DNA of 63,613 bases, counting the filler, from Octopus bimaculoides (lineage: Eukaryota): NCBI RefSeq assembly GCF_001194135.2. It is 3 parts of 3 records of this genome, joined end to end, with 100 filler letters (N's around TTAATTAATTAA, not from the genome) between each part and the next. Parts side by side here need not be neighbours in the genome. Positions count along the whole stretch, not along the records: positions 1 to 28,052 come from NC_068982.1; 2 more parts are not named here. One strand, written 5' to 3'. The notes beneath the pieces are model-generated. The model was given only the letters and a program-made list of their open reading frames with translations, had not been told where the DNA came from and did not search any database. The translations under genes and the position numbers were made by a program. How positions within the stretch are numbered: the first letter of the stretch is position 1; the number at the start of each line of letters is the position of its first letter. Of the stretch, positions 11,780 through 25,094 are shown piece by piece.

Positions 11780-13741
11780 GATGGATTGATTGATATACAT
11801 ATATACATACATTCACGCATACATGCATATACATATATATGTGTATATATATATATATATATANNNNNNNNNNNNNNNNNNNNNNNNNNNNNNNNNNNNN
11901 NNNNNNNNNNNNNNNNNNNNNNNNNNNNNNNNNNNNNNNNNNNNNNNNNNNNNNNNNNNNNNNNNNNNNNNNNNNNNNNNNNNNNNNNNNNNNNNNNNNN
12001 NNNNNNNNNNNNNNNNNNNNNNNNNNNNNNNNNNNNNNNNNNNNNNNNNNNNNNNNNNNNNNNNNNNNNNNNNNNNNNNNNNNNNNNNNNNNNNNNNNNN
12101 NNNNNNNNNNNNNNNNNNNNNNNNNNNNNNNNNNNNNNNNNNNNNNNNNNNNNNNNNNNNNNNNNNNNNNNNNNNNNNNNNNNNNNNNNNNNNNNNNNNN
12201 NNNNNNNNNNNNNNNNNNNNNNNNNNNNNNNNNNNNNNNNNNNNNNNNNNNNNNNNNNNNNNNNNNNNNNNNNNNNNNNNNNNNNNNNNNNNNNNNNNNN
12301 NNNNNNNNNNNNNNNNNNNNNNNNNNNNNNNNNNNNNNNNNNNNNNNNNNNNNNNNNNNNNNNNNNNNNNNNNNNNNNNNNNNNNNNNNNNNNNNNNNNN
12401 NNNNNNNNNNNNNNNNNNNNNNNNNNNNNNNNNNNNNNNNNNNNNNNNNNNNNNNNATATATAAGGGAAAAATATATTTGTGTCTACATAATATACTGAA
12501 AGACAGGGGTGGGGACAAAATGATGAAATAGATAAGATAGCCGAATGCAGAATTAATAACAAGATATTTAATTCTACTTTTTTAGAAGCAAAGCTGGTGC
12601 CAGGCGTATGTTGCCTTCACACTAAGGCGCCTCACACCAATACACACAAATTGCGTGTTTGTTGTTATATATGTATATATATATGTATATATGTATGTAT
12701 GTGTGTGCGTGAGAGTGTGCGTGTGTGTGCGCGCGCGACTGTATACATATACACGCATACATATATTTATATATATATATATCGTAGTATATCATAATAT
12801 ATATATATATATTTGTGCGTGTGTGTTTATACGTATACATATAGCCAAATATATATACATATATGTTTATACATATATGCGCGCGCGTGTATTTTTAAAC
12901 GCACACACACACAAATACACACACGCGAAGGGAAAATGAAAGTGAAAGTGAGGAAGGAAAAGTAACGGAGAGAGACAAAAGTATTGGGAAGTTCCACAGG
13001 ATCCATAATCTATCATAGATTATCCGAGGAAGCTGTTAATTTCATACGGGAGAAAGCAAATGAAATTGAATTCCATTTCGAGTAACACATATATTTTTTC
13101 TGATATCTATCGGCGTCAGCGTACATCCAAGACGAAAGTCTTGGCTGTAGCAGATATCAACCAAACAGTATCATAGCAGCTCAAATTATTATTATCATCT
13201 GTTGTTGTTGTTGTTTAGCCCTAGGCTAACCATATTCGAGCAGGCGTCTAGGTAAAAAAAAAAAAGAAAGAATCCTAACCATACCGTCTTTTCAGTTGTG
13301 ATTTAGTGCAGAACATATTTTTTTAAAGACAGACAGTAAGGAATGTTTCAAAAGACAGATTAGCTGTTATTTCTAGTTGTTCAAGTTACCATGTAGGCTC
13401 TCTTATGGATTTGTGACTGACGTAAGGTTACACAGTTTAATCTAAAATAGTTTTACTTGATAAACAGTGTACTTGTTTCATATGGAAATAAACTAGACAG
13501 ATCAGCTGTGATAATAATTTTGTAACTGGTTTTAGTTGTTAATTGTCTCATTTAAGGAATTTTGGTCTGGGACTTGAACGTTTTTCACACGCATGCACCA
13601 TGCAAGCATACGTACATACACACAATAACATGTATGTATGTATGCATCTATCTATATGTGTGTGTATGCATCTGTCTGTCTGTCTCTCTGTATGTCTGTC
13701 TGTCTGTGTGTATGTATGTATGTATAATTTCTTTTTATATG

Positions 13742-13943
13742 CAATAATCCCTCAACTATCGCGGGTGTTACGTTCTAAAATCCCTCACAGAAATAATTAA
13801 AACCTAAAAAAATATAAATACGTATCGGCCGCTGAAACCCGGATATACTGAGGAGTCCGCGATATAAATTTGCATATATTACCCAGAAAAATCCGCGATG
13901 TACTGAGTGCGCGATAGGTGAACCGCAAGATGAGGGATTGCTG
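13742..13943. mobile_element. Tigger/pogo-like MITE (~200 bp)
   Basis: Terminal inverted repeats CAATAATCCCTCAACTATCGCGG ... CCGCAAGATGAGGGATTGCTG followed by TA; no coding capacity. Confidence 0.75.
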
Positions 13944-15393
13944 TATTCCAAATTGAAGGTAAGTACAAAGGGCATTGTGTTGATAAAACACTAACAAATT
14001 TTCCTGTATAGATTATTACATATACATATATGTAACACGAACTCACACCCGCATGCGTACACATATGTCTGCATATAATTTTAGGGATGCAAACACACAT
14101 GCACACACACATACAGAAACGAATTAACCAGAAGTAACCGTAAAGTATAGTATTATGAAAGTAAAGTGAAATGTGCAATTCCTTGAAACACGCTGAGCCA
14201 TATTTAACTAGCACGCATCAATCGAACCCACGACATCACATGTTCACTCTTTCATAAATATAGCGGTTCTTGAGAATGTTTAATCGATTACATTTCTGGT
14301 CTTATATTGTTTTCTCTGTTGTACTTGTTTGTTTTCATTCTTGCTTTCATTTAATGATGTAATCTAGTTTGGTATAATAAATTTTATCTGTATTTCAGTC
14401 GATAATGGTCAATACTATAAAGGAGAAGGTAAGATTGCAACAAGCTGAGTAATTATCGTAGTTTCCATCTCAATTCGGGTCAGTGTGTTAGCCCTCTTAT
14501 TACTCGTTCTGCTTTTAAACCCACACTAAGTACAAAACAAAACTTTTCCCATGCTTTCTGTGTATTACTACAAGCTAAATCCCTTCTGATAATTCAACTC
14601 TGCAATGCTACAGATTCTGAAGGAATCCTTTTCATGACTATTAAACAAAGCATTCCAGAGCAGTTGCTGTCACCACAAGACTTATCAATCTTTTCTGTGA
14701 CATCTGAACTAGTCAATAGATGCACATGACAATACGTCCTGTGTCTAAGGAAGGTGTGGAAGCAATAGGATTTTATTGACTATAATCAATGAAACCGTAT
14801 TGCTCTCACATCTAAGCTTGATGGAAACAATTAAACAGCTACTTTATCTTTCTCTTCTCGGTGACAACTAAAATGTCTTCTCCGAATAATTACATTCCTT
14901 GTTGCCCTCTCAGTGACTTGTTAGTGATCTCTCAGTGACCTGTCAGGTGATCTCTCAGTGATCTTCCAGTGATCTCTCATCGTTGAAGATTTCGACGAAA
15001 GCCATGCTGTTGCTTTTGGAATTAGCTAAACGTTCGATCATGTCTGGCATAAGAACATTCTGTGTTGACCACTTGTAGGCTTTGTTTGTTTCTCTTCAGT
15101 CAAAAGTTTCCTCTTGGATAGCTCCTTTGCAGCATATGCATTTGACTTTCTCATACTCTGAAATTTGTTCATTAATAATGTCACTGAGACCATATATCCA
15201 TAAACATATATCTCTGAATATTCATAATATACGAAATAATACTTTCATGAACATACATCGTGAAGCAACCTGCCGATGGAAATATAACATACACTGTCTC
15301 CGTCGTCAGTACCAAGACATTGTCACTACAAATATGACAAAAAGAGTTTTGCTTTATATCCATCCATTGCCTGAACAATAAATAGCAAAATCA

Positions 15394-15608
15394 AGGCGGC
15401 GAGCTGGCAGAAACGTTAGCATTCTGGGCGAAATGCTTAGCGTATTTCGTCTCTCTTTACGTTCTGAGTTCAAATTCCGCCGAGGTCCACTTTGCCTTTA
15501 ATCCTTTCGGGGTCGATAAATTAAGTACCAGTCGCATACTGGGTCGATCTAATCGACTGACCCCTTCCCAAAAAATTTCGGGCCTTGTGCCAAGAGTAGA
15601 AAAGAATA
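15394..15608 (+). mobile_element. tRNA-derived SINE, family A, full length
   Basis: Head AGGCGGCGAGCTGGCAGAAACGTTAGC...GAGTTCAAATTCC, central TTTGCCTTTAATCCTTTCGGGGTCGATAAATTAAGTACCAG, tail GGCCTTGTGCC. Confidence 0.9.
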
Positions 15609-16747
15609 CATAGCTAAATCCTTCAGAGTTGCAACAAATGCTACACCGAAGAATCTCTACTGATGTAATGTTGACAAAACTTCACCCCCAAAACTAGGAT
15701 TTCTCTTCCGGACAGGAAAATACTTCAGTTCATTACACCGCATACTGCTATTGTTCACGAAAATGCGATACCAAAACGTATGCGCACACACACATGTACT
15801 AACACACATTCACAAACATTCTCACATACACATTCACAAACATTTTTACACACACACATACTGACACACACATTCACAAACATTCTCACACACATTCACA
15901 AACATTCTCACACACATTCACAAACATTCTCACACACATTCTCTCTTCCTGCGCCTCTCTCTCTTTCTTCTCTCTGTCTTTCTCTTTCTCTCTCTCTCTC
16001 ACACACACAAACGTACATTTTGATGGTACTTCAATTGTGGCAATGTAGTTAAATAGCAAATACTCCCTCCACAATGCACGAACTGATTTGTGGTCGCGCA
16101 GTTTCCCCTCTTTAACTCCTCTACTATAACTACAATGATGTTATTGTAGTTGTGTTGGTAGTGACACTGTGGTGGTATTGTGCTAAGGTTGTGGTGTTGG
16201 TAGAGATGTTATGGTAGTCTGGGCGATATTTTGGTGATGTTGTGGTTCTATGTTTTGGCGATGGTGAAGTTGGTGCGGTTGGTGTCCTGGTGTTGCAGAA
16301 GTGACGATATGGTGATGGTGACGATGTAGCTGGTGCTGTTACTGTTGTAGTTAGAGTAGCGATGATTTTGTGGTGATGGTGATGTGTCGGGGTGATACTG
16401 TGTAGTGGTTAAGGTGTTGGGTCAGTGTGTTTCGTTGTGGAAATAGTATTCCAGCAGATCTCGTGGGATCTCATGAACGATGTTGAAGCACATGATGGCT
16501 ACTATGTGATAGAAAGATAACCTTTCTCATAATGAAAACGGAGGATTTGACATTTAAACTTGGATATTGAAAACTTTTACAAAACTGATATCACTTCAGC
16601 GAAGAATAAATAAGGATTTCGGGCGAATGTCATTTAGAAATGTTCAGAATATCTTGTAATTATTTTTCCTTTCCTGACCGAAGAATGAAACGTGGTGCGG
16701 AATTTGCAATCAATTCTTACATAGTAAATAAATTGAAGTATCTTTAG

Positions 16748-16830
16748 CTTCTTCTTCTTCTTCTTCTTCTTCTTCTTCTTCTTCTTCTTCTTCTTCTTCT
16801 TCTTCTTCTTTTTCTTCTTCTTCTTCTTCT
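16748..16830. repeat. (TTC)n microsatellite
   Basis: Near-perfect trinucleotide run. Confidence 0.95.
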
Positions 16831-17904
16831 TGGACGTTATTGATGTGTCTTTGATAGGATGTCTCATAGCTGCTGTTATTTAAATGTAATAAATCATTTA
16901 TATAAAATACATCGAGATAAACGAGTACACACACGAAGCCATACACATACGACACACACGCTCGCAAGATTAACACGCACAGATTCACAGCTCACAGGAT
17001 GAAACCGGTAAAAAGTAAAAGAATATACATACACTCACAAATGCACACACGTACTCCCCACCCCAGACACATATACACGCTTCCATGAATATGTATGTAT
17101 GTACCTGTGGAATGTATAAATTTTTGTATGTGTATGTATATACTCATAAACACACCATACTTGCGCACTCGCTCATAGTTTATTTAGGCTGGTCCGTTGG
17201 CTTGTTACTCTGGTGTGGCACCAGTCTATTTTAGCTGACTCTGGTGGGCAATCACCCTCGATGGATTGCCGATGACATACATACATATTTATGAAATTTG
17301 TTGTATATAACAGAAGCAGTATTAGGTTAAATAGTCGTTTGTGTATCATACGTAATGGAGAAGCTACGTTGTGAAAAGCAATTTTATATTCCTTAAGACA
17401 CTAACACCGTAAAGTAACTTCCTTCGTAAAGATATTTTTTCTTTGTCCATAGACATAAGCGTGAGAAGAAAACAACTCAGCCACCGTAAGTTTTGATTAA
17501 ACTGAGAATGCAGTGAGACAAAACTAAACTTGATCGACACCTATGCATGACTGGTGCACCTTGAGAGATAGAGGTTATGAAAACGAAAATCGACCTCAGG
17601 GAAAATCTAAAGTCAAACATTAAATTATATAGTAATTTATATCGTGTCTGTGACTCCATTTCCCTCTTGAATTAATAATAACAACCATTTCTAACGTCGG
17701 CATTAGGCCGCGAATTTGTAGGTGAAGGGTATATTCAATTGGTACATATTTTATCGATGGAATGTAAAGCAAATTTAGCTTCAGAAAGCAAATTTAACTC
17801 CAGGACGTTAAGAGAAGAGATATAAAGAGTGCAATAAATTTAGTCTCATTTACTGTATCAGTCATTCCAACATATGCTGGAAAATATGTTAATGATTCAT
17901 AACA

Positions 17905-18096
17905 CTGGCACAAAACCAAACATTTTCAAGTGAAGGGTACGGGCTATTAAACCGTCATCATGACTGCTACTTATTTTATTGACTGCAAAGGGCTGAAAAG
18001 CAAGGTTGACTTCGACAGAATTTGATCCCGAAACGGAAAGAAACTAGAAACTGTAAAGTATTTTGTCTGTGCTTCATGCAGCTCTGCTCTCCACCT
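17905..18096 (-). mobile_element. SINE family A, old diverged copy
   Basis: Decayed match to GGCACAAGGCC...TACTTATTTTATCGACCCCGAAAGGATGAAAGGCAAAGTCGAC. Confidence 0.65.
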
Positions 18097-19388
18097 TTCT
18101 TACAAAGGAAAGGAAGAATAAAAAGGAAAAAAATCTCATTAAGTCAATAACCACAGATCGCTTAAGTAAGCAAAGGTTTGACAAATAAAAGATACTGAGA
18201 GGAGAGAAACATAGGCAGTCTGAAGTGTTTCCTTTGAGACTGGTAAAGTATGATCAGTGCGATTGTAGAAAAAGGATAACTATAATCTCTGAAGTGTTTT
18301 CTTTGAAGAGGAGAAATAACTTGTGAAGTATTTTTTTGTTGTTGCATGGGGCAAGAGAGTGTATGAAGTAAATTTAGCTTTGACTACGTCAGTAGAATAT
18401 TTAGTGTTTGGTGTGTCAATTTGTAATGGAAATTGTCATGTAAATTAGGCATGTCGAGACAAGACAAACTATTTGGAAAGGAATTATTCGTTTGACAGTC
18501 ATATTAAAACATTGCCTCTCACTAATCCAGATTGCTAACTATTGTATTTCCGTTGTAATGAGACGTAACAACTTTTGCAGCATGCCTGCAAAGTTCAGTT
18601 GTTATAGGAAGTCGGGTGACAGGGGCGAGCGCCGCAGCCTCGTGTTCGCGTTACGGGTTCGATACTTCTCTCAGTTGAAACGATTTCATTTCGATCTTGT
18701 TTTTATCAGTAATGAAGTTTCTAAAAGTAGGAAAGTCACAATATTCTGTCTTTTAAAAAAATAAATGGATAAAAGAGACACAAAAGAAAAAATAAGCATG
18801 GTTTTGCCCTGAAGTAAGAACTCATATGTGAGCGAACAAGGAATTGCATACAGTTTATGGGTAGTGAATGCCCATCTCATTATTGCACTTTATTATACCT
18901 TTGTTTGAAACAATTTACCTATTTCTGTCCTCTGCTTGTGTGATTTACATGCTACAGCGTAGATAGACAGACAACTAACTGATTAGCGGTTAGTATCCTA
19001 ATTAATCACCGGAGTTACGCCCTATTAATTTTCAAGAGCCTATAAATTTTCAACAGTTGGGAAACGTATTAAGAATGAATGCTCTTCTCTGTGCATGTGA
19101 CGATGTATTATCTGTTTGGCAAACATCAATATACATCACCGGATAATTTGTTTGTTAATTTCTGTAAACAAAAGCAAAAATTCTTGTTTAGAGTCATTGA
19201 TCCAGATATGTGTATGTATGAACATGCGCGCTTACGCGATTACTATGAACATTTTTACTCCCTTACCTTTACTCACTCCGCTTACTTAGCGGTCATTCTA
19301 ATAGCTCTTTTGTCTTAATAACGGTCAATCACACAGTAATTTCCCTTTGTTTAGCGGTCATTTTCATAGCATGTTTTTTCGATAGCCC

Positions 19389-19449
19389 GATAACTGAAGA
19401 GATGCCGGCGTGGGTTTCCACCCCGACATCCGAAACTCGGAGTTTTATC
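19389..19449 (+). ncRNA. Type I hammerhead ribozyme motif (PLE-type)
   Basis: GATAA-CTGAAGA (19394-19400), stem II GATGCCGG/CCGACATC with an inner GTGG/CCAC hairpin, C-GAAAC-TC-G-GAGT-T, then TTATC pairing with GATAA. There is one unpaired C at the base of stem II. Confidence 0.68.
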
Positions 19450-19507
19450 ATAGCTACCGAATAATTGTCACATATTATATTTACAGATAAATTCTTCNNN
19501 NNNNNNN

Positions 19508-19558
<51 letters not shown>

Positions 19559-20008
19559 ACACTCGACTGATCAAGACATGCCCTGCCCATGTTCTTTTCA
19601 CATTTTCGACTCTGATATATATATATCAGAGTCGGAAATGTGTACAAATACAGTCTATTGAGAAAATCCTCTTCATTGCTATATGTAAATAGTTTAAAAC
19701 TCACAACTCATCAACAGTTGCAACTCAACGTCAGCTGCGTGGATGAGTGGATGTGTACCTTGTCAAAGGATACAAAACATTGATCGTGAATCCAATAGCC
19801 TAACCATTAGACCAGTTGCTTTACCATTTCCATAAACGACTGACTAACGTATTCATGTAAAAAGTAACATACTTTAATAAAATTTTATCATTTATTTTAT
19901 CGTGTAAATCGATATATTCCCAAATCTAATAGTCAATGCGTTATTTTTCTTATATGTATACATGCATACAAACATACATATATGCATACATACTCTCTCT
20001 CTCTCTCT

Positions 20009-20057
<49 letters not shown>

Positions 20058-20299
20058 GAGAGAGAGAGAAAGGAAGAGAGAGTATGTATGTTTATATGTA
20101 TGTGTGTATGTATGTATGTATGTATTGACAAGAATCTTATAAATTTTCGAGAAAACGTAACAAAACCCTTTACTTGGAGTATTGGATCTCGAATGTAGAC
20201 ATCTCTAGAAAAGATGTGGATTCGAGTCCCACAAGCAGCCTGTGACTTTTCTATCGAAAAGGGTATTTCAACCCAATATTTACATGGGATAATTATTCA

Positions 20300-20541
20300 T
20301 AACTTCAAGTGTGGTTCGTGATCCAATATTCCAAGACCGCATGTGCATCGTTGGTGATTTTCTTTCTCTGTCTTCCCTTCTTTGGACTTTTTCTATATTT
20401 CTGATGAAGAGCTCCGCTCGAAACGTGAAATCCTCTTTCTTTTCTTTCCTTTCCTGAGCGTCCAATAACACTGTACTTATTCCACGTCCTCGTGTTGTTG
20501 TTTTCTCATGTTCTTTCTTGCTTGTTCATGTTCGGATTCAC

Positions 20542-20545
<4 letters not shown>
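20300..20545 (+). mobile_element. PLE pseudo-LTR fragment with hammerhead-like core at 20397-20431
   Basis: Pyrimidine-rich tract around ATTT-CTGATGA-A-GAGC-TCC-GCTC-GAAAC-GT-G-AAAT. Position 17 is G, which is non-cleavable. Confidence 0.6.
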
Positions 20546-20626
<81 letters not shown>

Positions 20627-20829
20627 ATATATATATAATTTCAGTAAGAATTAGATGTTATGTATTACTAGTATATATTTGTGTAGCACACTGTCTTTGC
20701 ATGTGTATGTATTCTTATAATACTCCCTTTTCTTCTGGAATAAATAGACATTATAGAATGTCTACCGTCTGATGTATGCCATTTTTGTATCCCCTCCATT
20801 TTCTTTTTGCCGTATATATATATATATCC

Positions 20830-21028
20830 TTTTATTTTGTACCTGTTTCAGTCATTTGACTGTAGCCATGTTGGAGCACAACCTAAAAGGGTTTTAATCA
20901 CAGAAATAGACTTTGGGACTTGTTTTTTGTAAGCCTAGTCCTTATTTTATCGTTCTATTTGGCCGAACTGCTATGTTACGGGGACATAAACACACCCCTA
21001 TTGGTTGTGAAGCGATGGTGGAGTGACA
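20830..21028 (-). mobile_element. SINE family B, 3' half (5' half lost in gap)
   Basis: CCTGTTTCAGTCATTTGACTGTAGCCATGTTGGAGCAC...GGCCGAACTGCTATGTTACGGGGAC, shared with 39455 and 40535. Confidence 0.8.
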
Positions 21029-21949
21029 NNNNNNNNNNNNNNNNNNNNNNNNNNNNNNNNNNNNNNNNNNNNNNNNNNNNNNNNNNNNNNNNNNNNNNNN
21101 NNNNNNNNNNNNNNNNNNNNNNNNNNNNNNNNNNNNNNNNNNNNNNNNNNNNNNNNNNNNNNNNNNNNNNNNNNNNNNNNNNNNNNNNNNNNNNNNNNNN
21201 NNNNNNNNNNNNNNNNNNNNNNNNNNNNNNNNNNNNNNNNNNNNNNNNNNNNNNNNNNNNNNNNNNNNNNNNNNNNNNNNNNNNNNNNNNNNNNNNNNNN
21301 NNNNNNNNNNNNNNNNNNNNNNNNNNNNNNNNNNNNNNNNNNNNNNNNNNNNNNNNNNNNNNNNNNNNNNNNNNNNNNNNNNNNNNNNNNNNNNNNNNNN
21401 NNNNNNNNNNNNNNNNNNNNNNNNNNNNNNNNNNNNNNNNNTATATATATATATAACTGAATTCGGTTAACATTATCAAAACAGGATTTCAGTGTTCCCT
21501 GATGGTGATAGGGAAACGGAATGTAGTGCTGATAAAATCTCAAATGATTAGGTTAAAATTTAATTAACATAAACTACTTAAATAATAGTTAATCCCAGAA
21601 ATACCAGCACGTCACGTACACACGATATTTTCTATAGTATATCCAGTAAGAAATCATTTCGTAATTCTTTCGGTTATTTATATACTTGTTTTGTTGTTTT
21701 GTATATTTAAAAAAAATTCTGTAGTTTGGAGATTCTTCTCCTCCTTCCCTTCTTTATTGTCTTCCTACTACTTTACAAAATTATTGAATCGTGTATGGAA
21801 AAAAAGAACGTTGTTTTCACTGTAATAATGTTCATATTAAATTGAGATATTTGTGCTAGTTGTAATGTTGGCGTGTCCGTGTATACGTATGTAATGTGTG
21901 TGTATGTTTGTATGAGTTAGTGAGTGAGGGAGTGAATAAGTGAGTGAGT

Positions 21950-21980
<31 letters not shown>

Positions 21981-22389
21981 GTAGAAAGAGAAAAATGGAC
22001 GAAAGACAGCAAAAGTGGAAAGATTAATCGATGGAATTCAAATCCACCAGCATCATGCGATACCGCCTTTAGATATTTCTTTCTTGATTAAAGTATGGAC
22101 GCTGAGAACACACTTCTGCGCTATAAAACAAATATCAGTCCATGGATTAATCATCATCATCAGCGCACAACCACGGCCACCACCGCCGCAATCACCGTCA
22201 CCACAGACACCGACAATGCTGCTGCCACCACTGCTGTGCTGCCACTGCCGCTACCACCGCTGCTACCACCACCAAAAACAACAACAACAATTTGAATTTG
22301 ATTCTACCAGGGTTTTACCGAAAGTAATGCAAAAACGAGCATAAATTCTTTAGTTAACTGACATAAGTTGTTCAAATTGTTGATAGAGT

Positions 22390-23460
22390 AACTATTCTTC
22401 TATACAAAGGCACCACTGAGAGAGCCTCCATCACAAGCGATACATTTACACTATCGCTAAACCCAGGTTTCTCATCCTCTTCGAAAAAAAATGTAAGGGC
22501 TCGCTCTTGTATCTACTTCTTCACAGCCACTTTCACGCGCTCTACGTCATAAGATCGTTATCCCTGAAGACTCCTTCAATGAATCAAACTAAATGGAAGT
22601 CGGATGGCGCCAGATCCAATCTTTATGGTAGATGAGAAACCACCAACAAATCCAGTTTGATGATTGCTTGATTTGCTGCCAAAGTGGATGATGGTCACAT
22701 ATCGTCATGGTGAATGTATATAGTTTACAGATTTTTTACTCCGTCTCTTCCTCCTAATGATGTCTCTAAGCTATTTGAGTGTCTCAATGTAGCATTCGCT
22801 GGTCACAGTAAAACAACGTTTCAAAACAATCAAGGAGAAAGACAGCTTCGTCAGTCCCAGAATCTGTACAATAACTTTCTCTGCCGATCGCTAGCTCTCG
22901 AACATTTTATGCATTGAAGATGAGATACTATTCTATGGACTGAGCCTTCGTTTCCAAACCATAAAGATGCAATCAAGATTCGTCCCATGTTACACAATTG
23001 GAAAAAAGTACTTCCATTGCTTCAGCAGATCAGAGCAGACTTCCGCTCTTTTCGCCTTCAAATCTGGTGTCGACTGCCGAGATACCCTCTTTACACATAC
23101 TTTCCAATATTCAATGTTTTCCACCATCTTCTGTAATGTATTGTGACTGCATCCCCTTATTCAGTAAGATCAGGGATTGTGATTTGCCTGTTCACGCGAA
23201 TTAGTGTTCACTCGCTGGCGATTCGTGTCAATGGTTGCAGTTGTTGGTCTCTTACTGCGTCGTTTGTCTTGAATGCTGGTTTCTCCCTCTTTAAACTTCT
23301 TCATACATCTGTGCACATTGTTCTTGTCAATTGTGTCATCTCTGTAAACCTACACATTCTGTGAATGTCGGACAGCCTGTACCTCCCATTCAAGAACTGA
23401 ATGACAATACATTACCTCTTGCTGGAAAACTCATTATTTGCCTGCCGTGAAGAACAGGAA
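22390..23460 (-). mobile_element. Decayed mariner (DD34D-type) transposon
   Basis: Minus-strand translation gives DIHRMCRVYRDDTIDKNNVHRCMKKFKEGETSIQDKRRSKRPTTAT...WKVCVKRVSRQSTP...SAEKVI...SECYIETL. These are mariner HTH and catalytic-domain remnants with many stops; TIRs not resolved. Confidence 0.8.
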
Positions 23461-23573
23461 GAAAATTTAGAGAGGAAGGGTTGCTCTATAAACACGTGAC
23501 CTATGTGGGTTAAGGAAAAAGTTTTACCCATTTTGTATTACTTAAGAGAAGTTAAACTCTGCAAAAAGAAAGC

Positions 23574-23708
23574 GAAACGCTTAGCGGCAATTCATCCGTC
23601 TTTCATGCTTTCGTGATCAATAAAATAAATACCAGTTGAGCATTGGGGTCGATGCAATCGACTTACCCCTCCCCCGAACTTGCTGGCCTTGTACCAAAAT
23701 TTGAAACC
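23574..23708 (+). mobile_element. SINE family A, internally deleted copy
   Basis: TAAAATAAATACCAGTTGAGCATTGGGGTCGATGCAATCGAC...GGCCTTGTACCAAAATTTGAAAC. Confidence 0.8.
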
Positions 23709-25094
23709 AATTTTACACAGTACAATCGCTGTCGACAGCGGCAGGTTGTTTCGTTAAATCTTTACAGCTAGGTTGGACCGGGACATTTGAAACTCAAGTT
23801 TCTTGAACACAGATGCAATGTAGAGTAGTACCGATGAGTAAATATGAACTATTGATCACTGGATTAATTGACAACGAGCTATCCTATCCACAGAATCATC
23901 TCTGCGCTCCTGTTTAGAAACATTATAGCCTCACGAAATGAAGTGTGCAAGTTAACAATACGGTAATGTAAACAATAAAAAAACTGTTTACGTTACTGAG
24001 ACCTGTGTTGCATACGGAATAAAAGCAAGCCTCGACAGGCAGTCGGTTGGTATGTATAAAATTAAAAAAAAGATATATCAACGAATATTCGGATATTATT
24101 TTCATATCATTTACATGCCAGAAGGAAGAAACACTTCAGCTTTTCATATTGAATCGATACATTTTAAAAATGTAAAATCACAACAAAATGCTATAAAATT
24201 AAATTTTAAAAAAGATGAGGAACGGAGGGATATGAAAATACATTATCAAGCATAATATTCACATGGTTTTTGTGAGAATTTCCAGTGAAGTCGTGCAAGA
24301 TGAAACAGCTGCTCTGCCTCGTGCTAAGCTATTTATTATTCTACAGAATGAGATATAAATAATTGTACCTTTTGTTCTCGTGGCATGGCAATACAACCAA
24401 CTGCTTCTCCTCTGTCTATCTGTCTGTCTCTCTCGTATACACACACACATGCACATATACACACAGATATACACACACACGCGCGCACACACACGCACGC
24501 ACACAAACACACACACACACATACAAATGGCCTATATCTTGTTCAGGTTTGCTAATGCTCTGCAACCAATAGAGTTAGTCAGTAACCAACGCCAACGTAT
24601 TGCCGACAGGCTTTCATGTCGACGTTTCAGAAGACAACCACTGGCTGTCGATTTAGGTTTCTAATATCTACATTTTCGAGATGGAAGGTCATCTCTTCAT
24701 AACCCAAAGACAAGTCATTCAAAATATTATGTAAGTTACATTTCAAGATTGAATTCAGATATAAATAAATAAAACAAGTCAAGAGCGTCAATAAACTTTT
24801 CGTATCACAAATTTCTAAGGAATGTAAGAAGAAATTGTTATATATTTAGGGTGTTCAGAGATGCTTCACAACACAATGTGTATTGGAAAATGTAGGATAA
24901 ATTGAATGAATTTAAACTATAGTTTTTAAGCTCTTTACTTTAAACCCATNNNNNNNNNNNNNNNNNNNNNNNNNNNNNNNNNNNNNNNNNNNNNNNNNNN
25001 NNNNNNNNNNNNNNNNNNNNNNNNNNNNNNNNNNNNNNNNNNNNNNNNNNNNNNNNNNNNNNNNNNNNNNNNNNNNNNNNNNATATATATATAT

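Noticed and set aside
14480-15380. Possible decayed RTE LINE on the minus strand
   Set aside because: Only vague motif echoes (RIPSE, KAERVI) were found; I could not stitch a convincing RT alignment.
16440-16620. Possible mariner 3' end (EAHDGYYV)
   Set aside because: Too short and no TIR identified.
18569-18596. Hairpin TTTGCAG-CATGC-CTGCAAA as a miRNA precursor
   Set aside because: The stem is far too short for a pre-miRNA, and no known mature miRNA was recognised.
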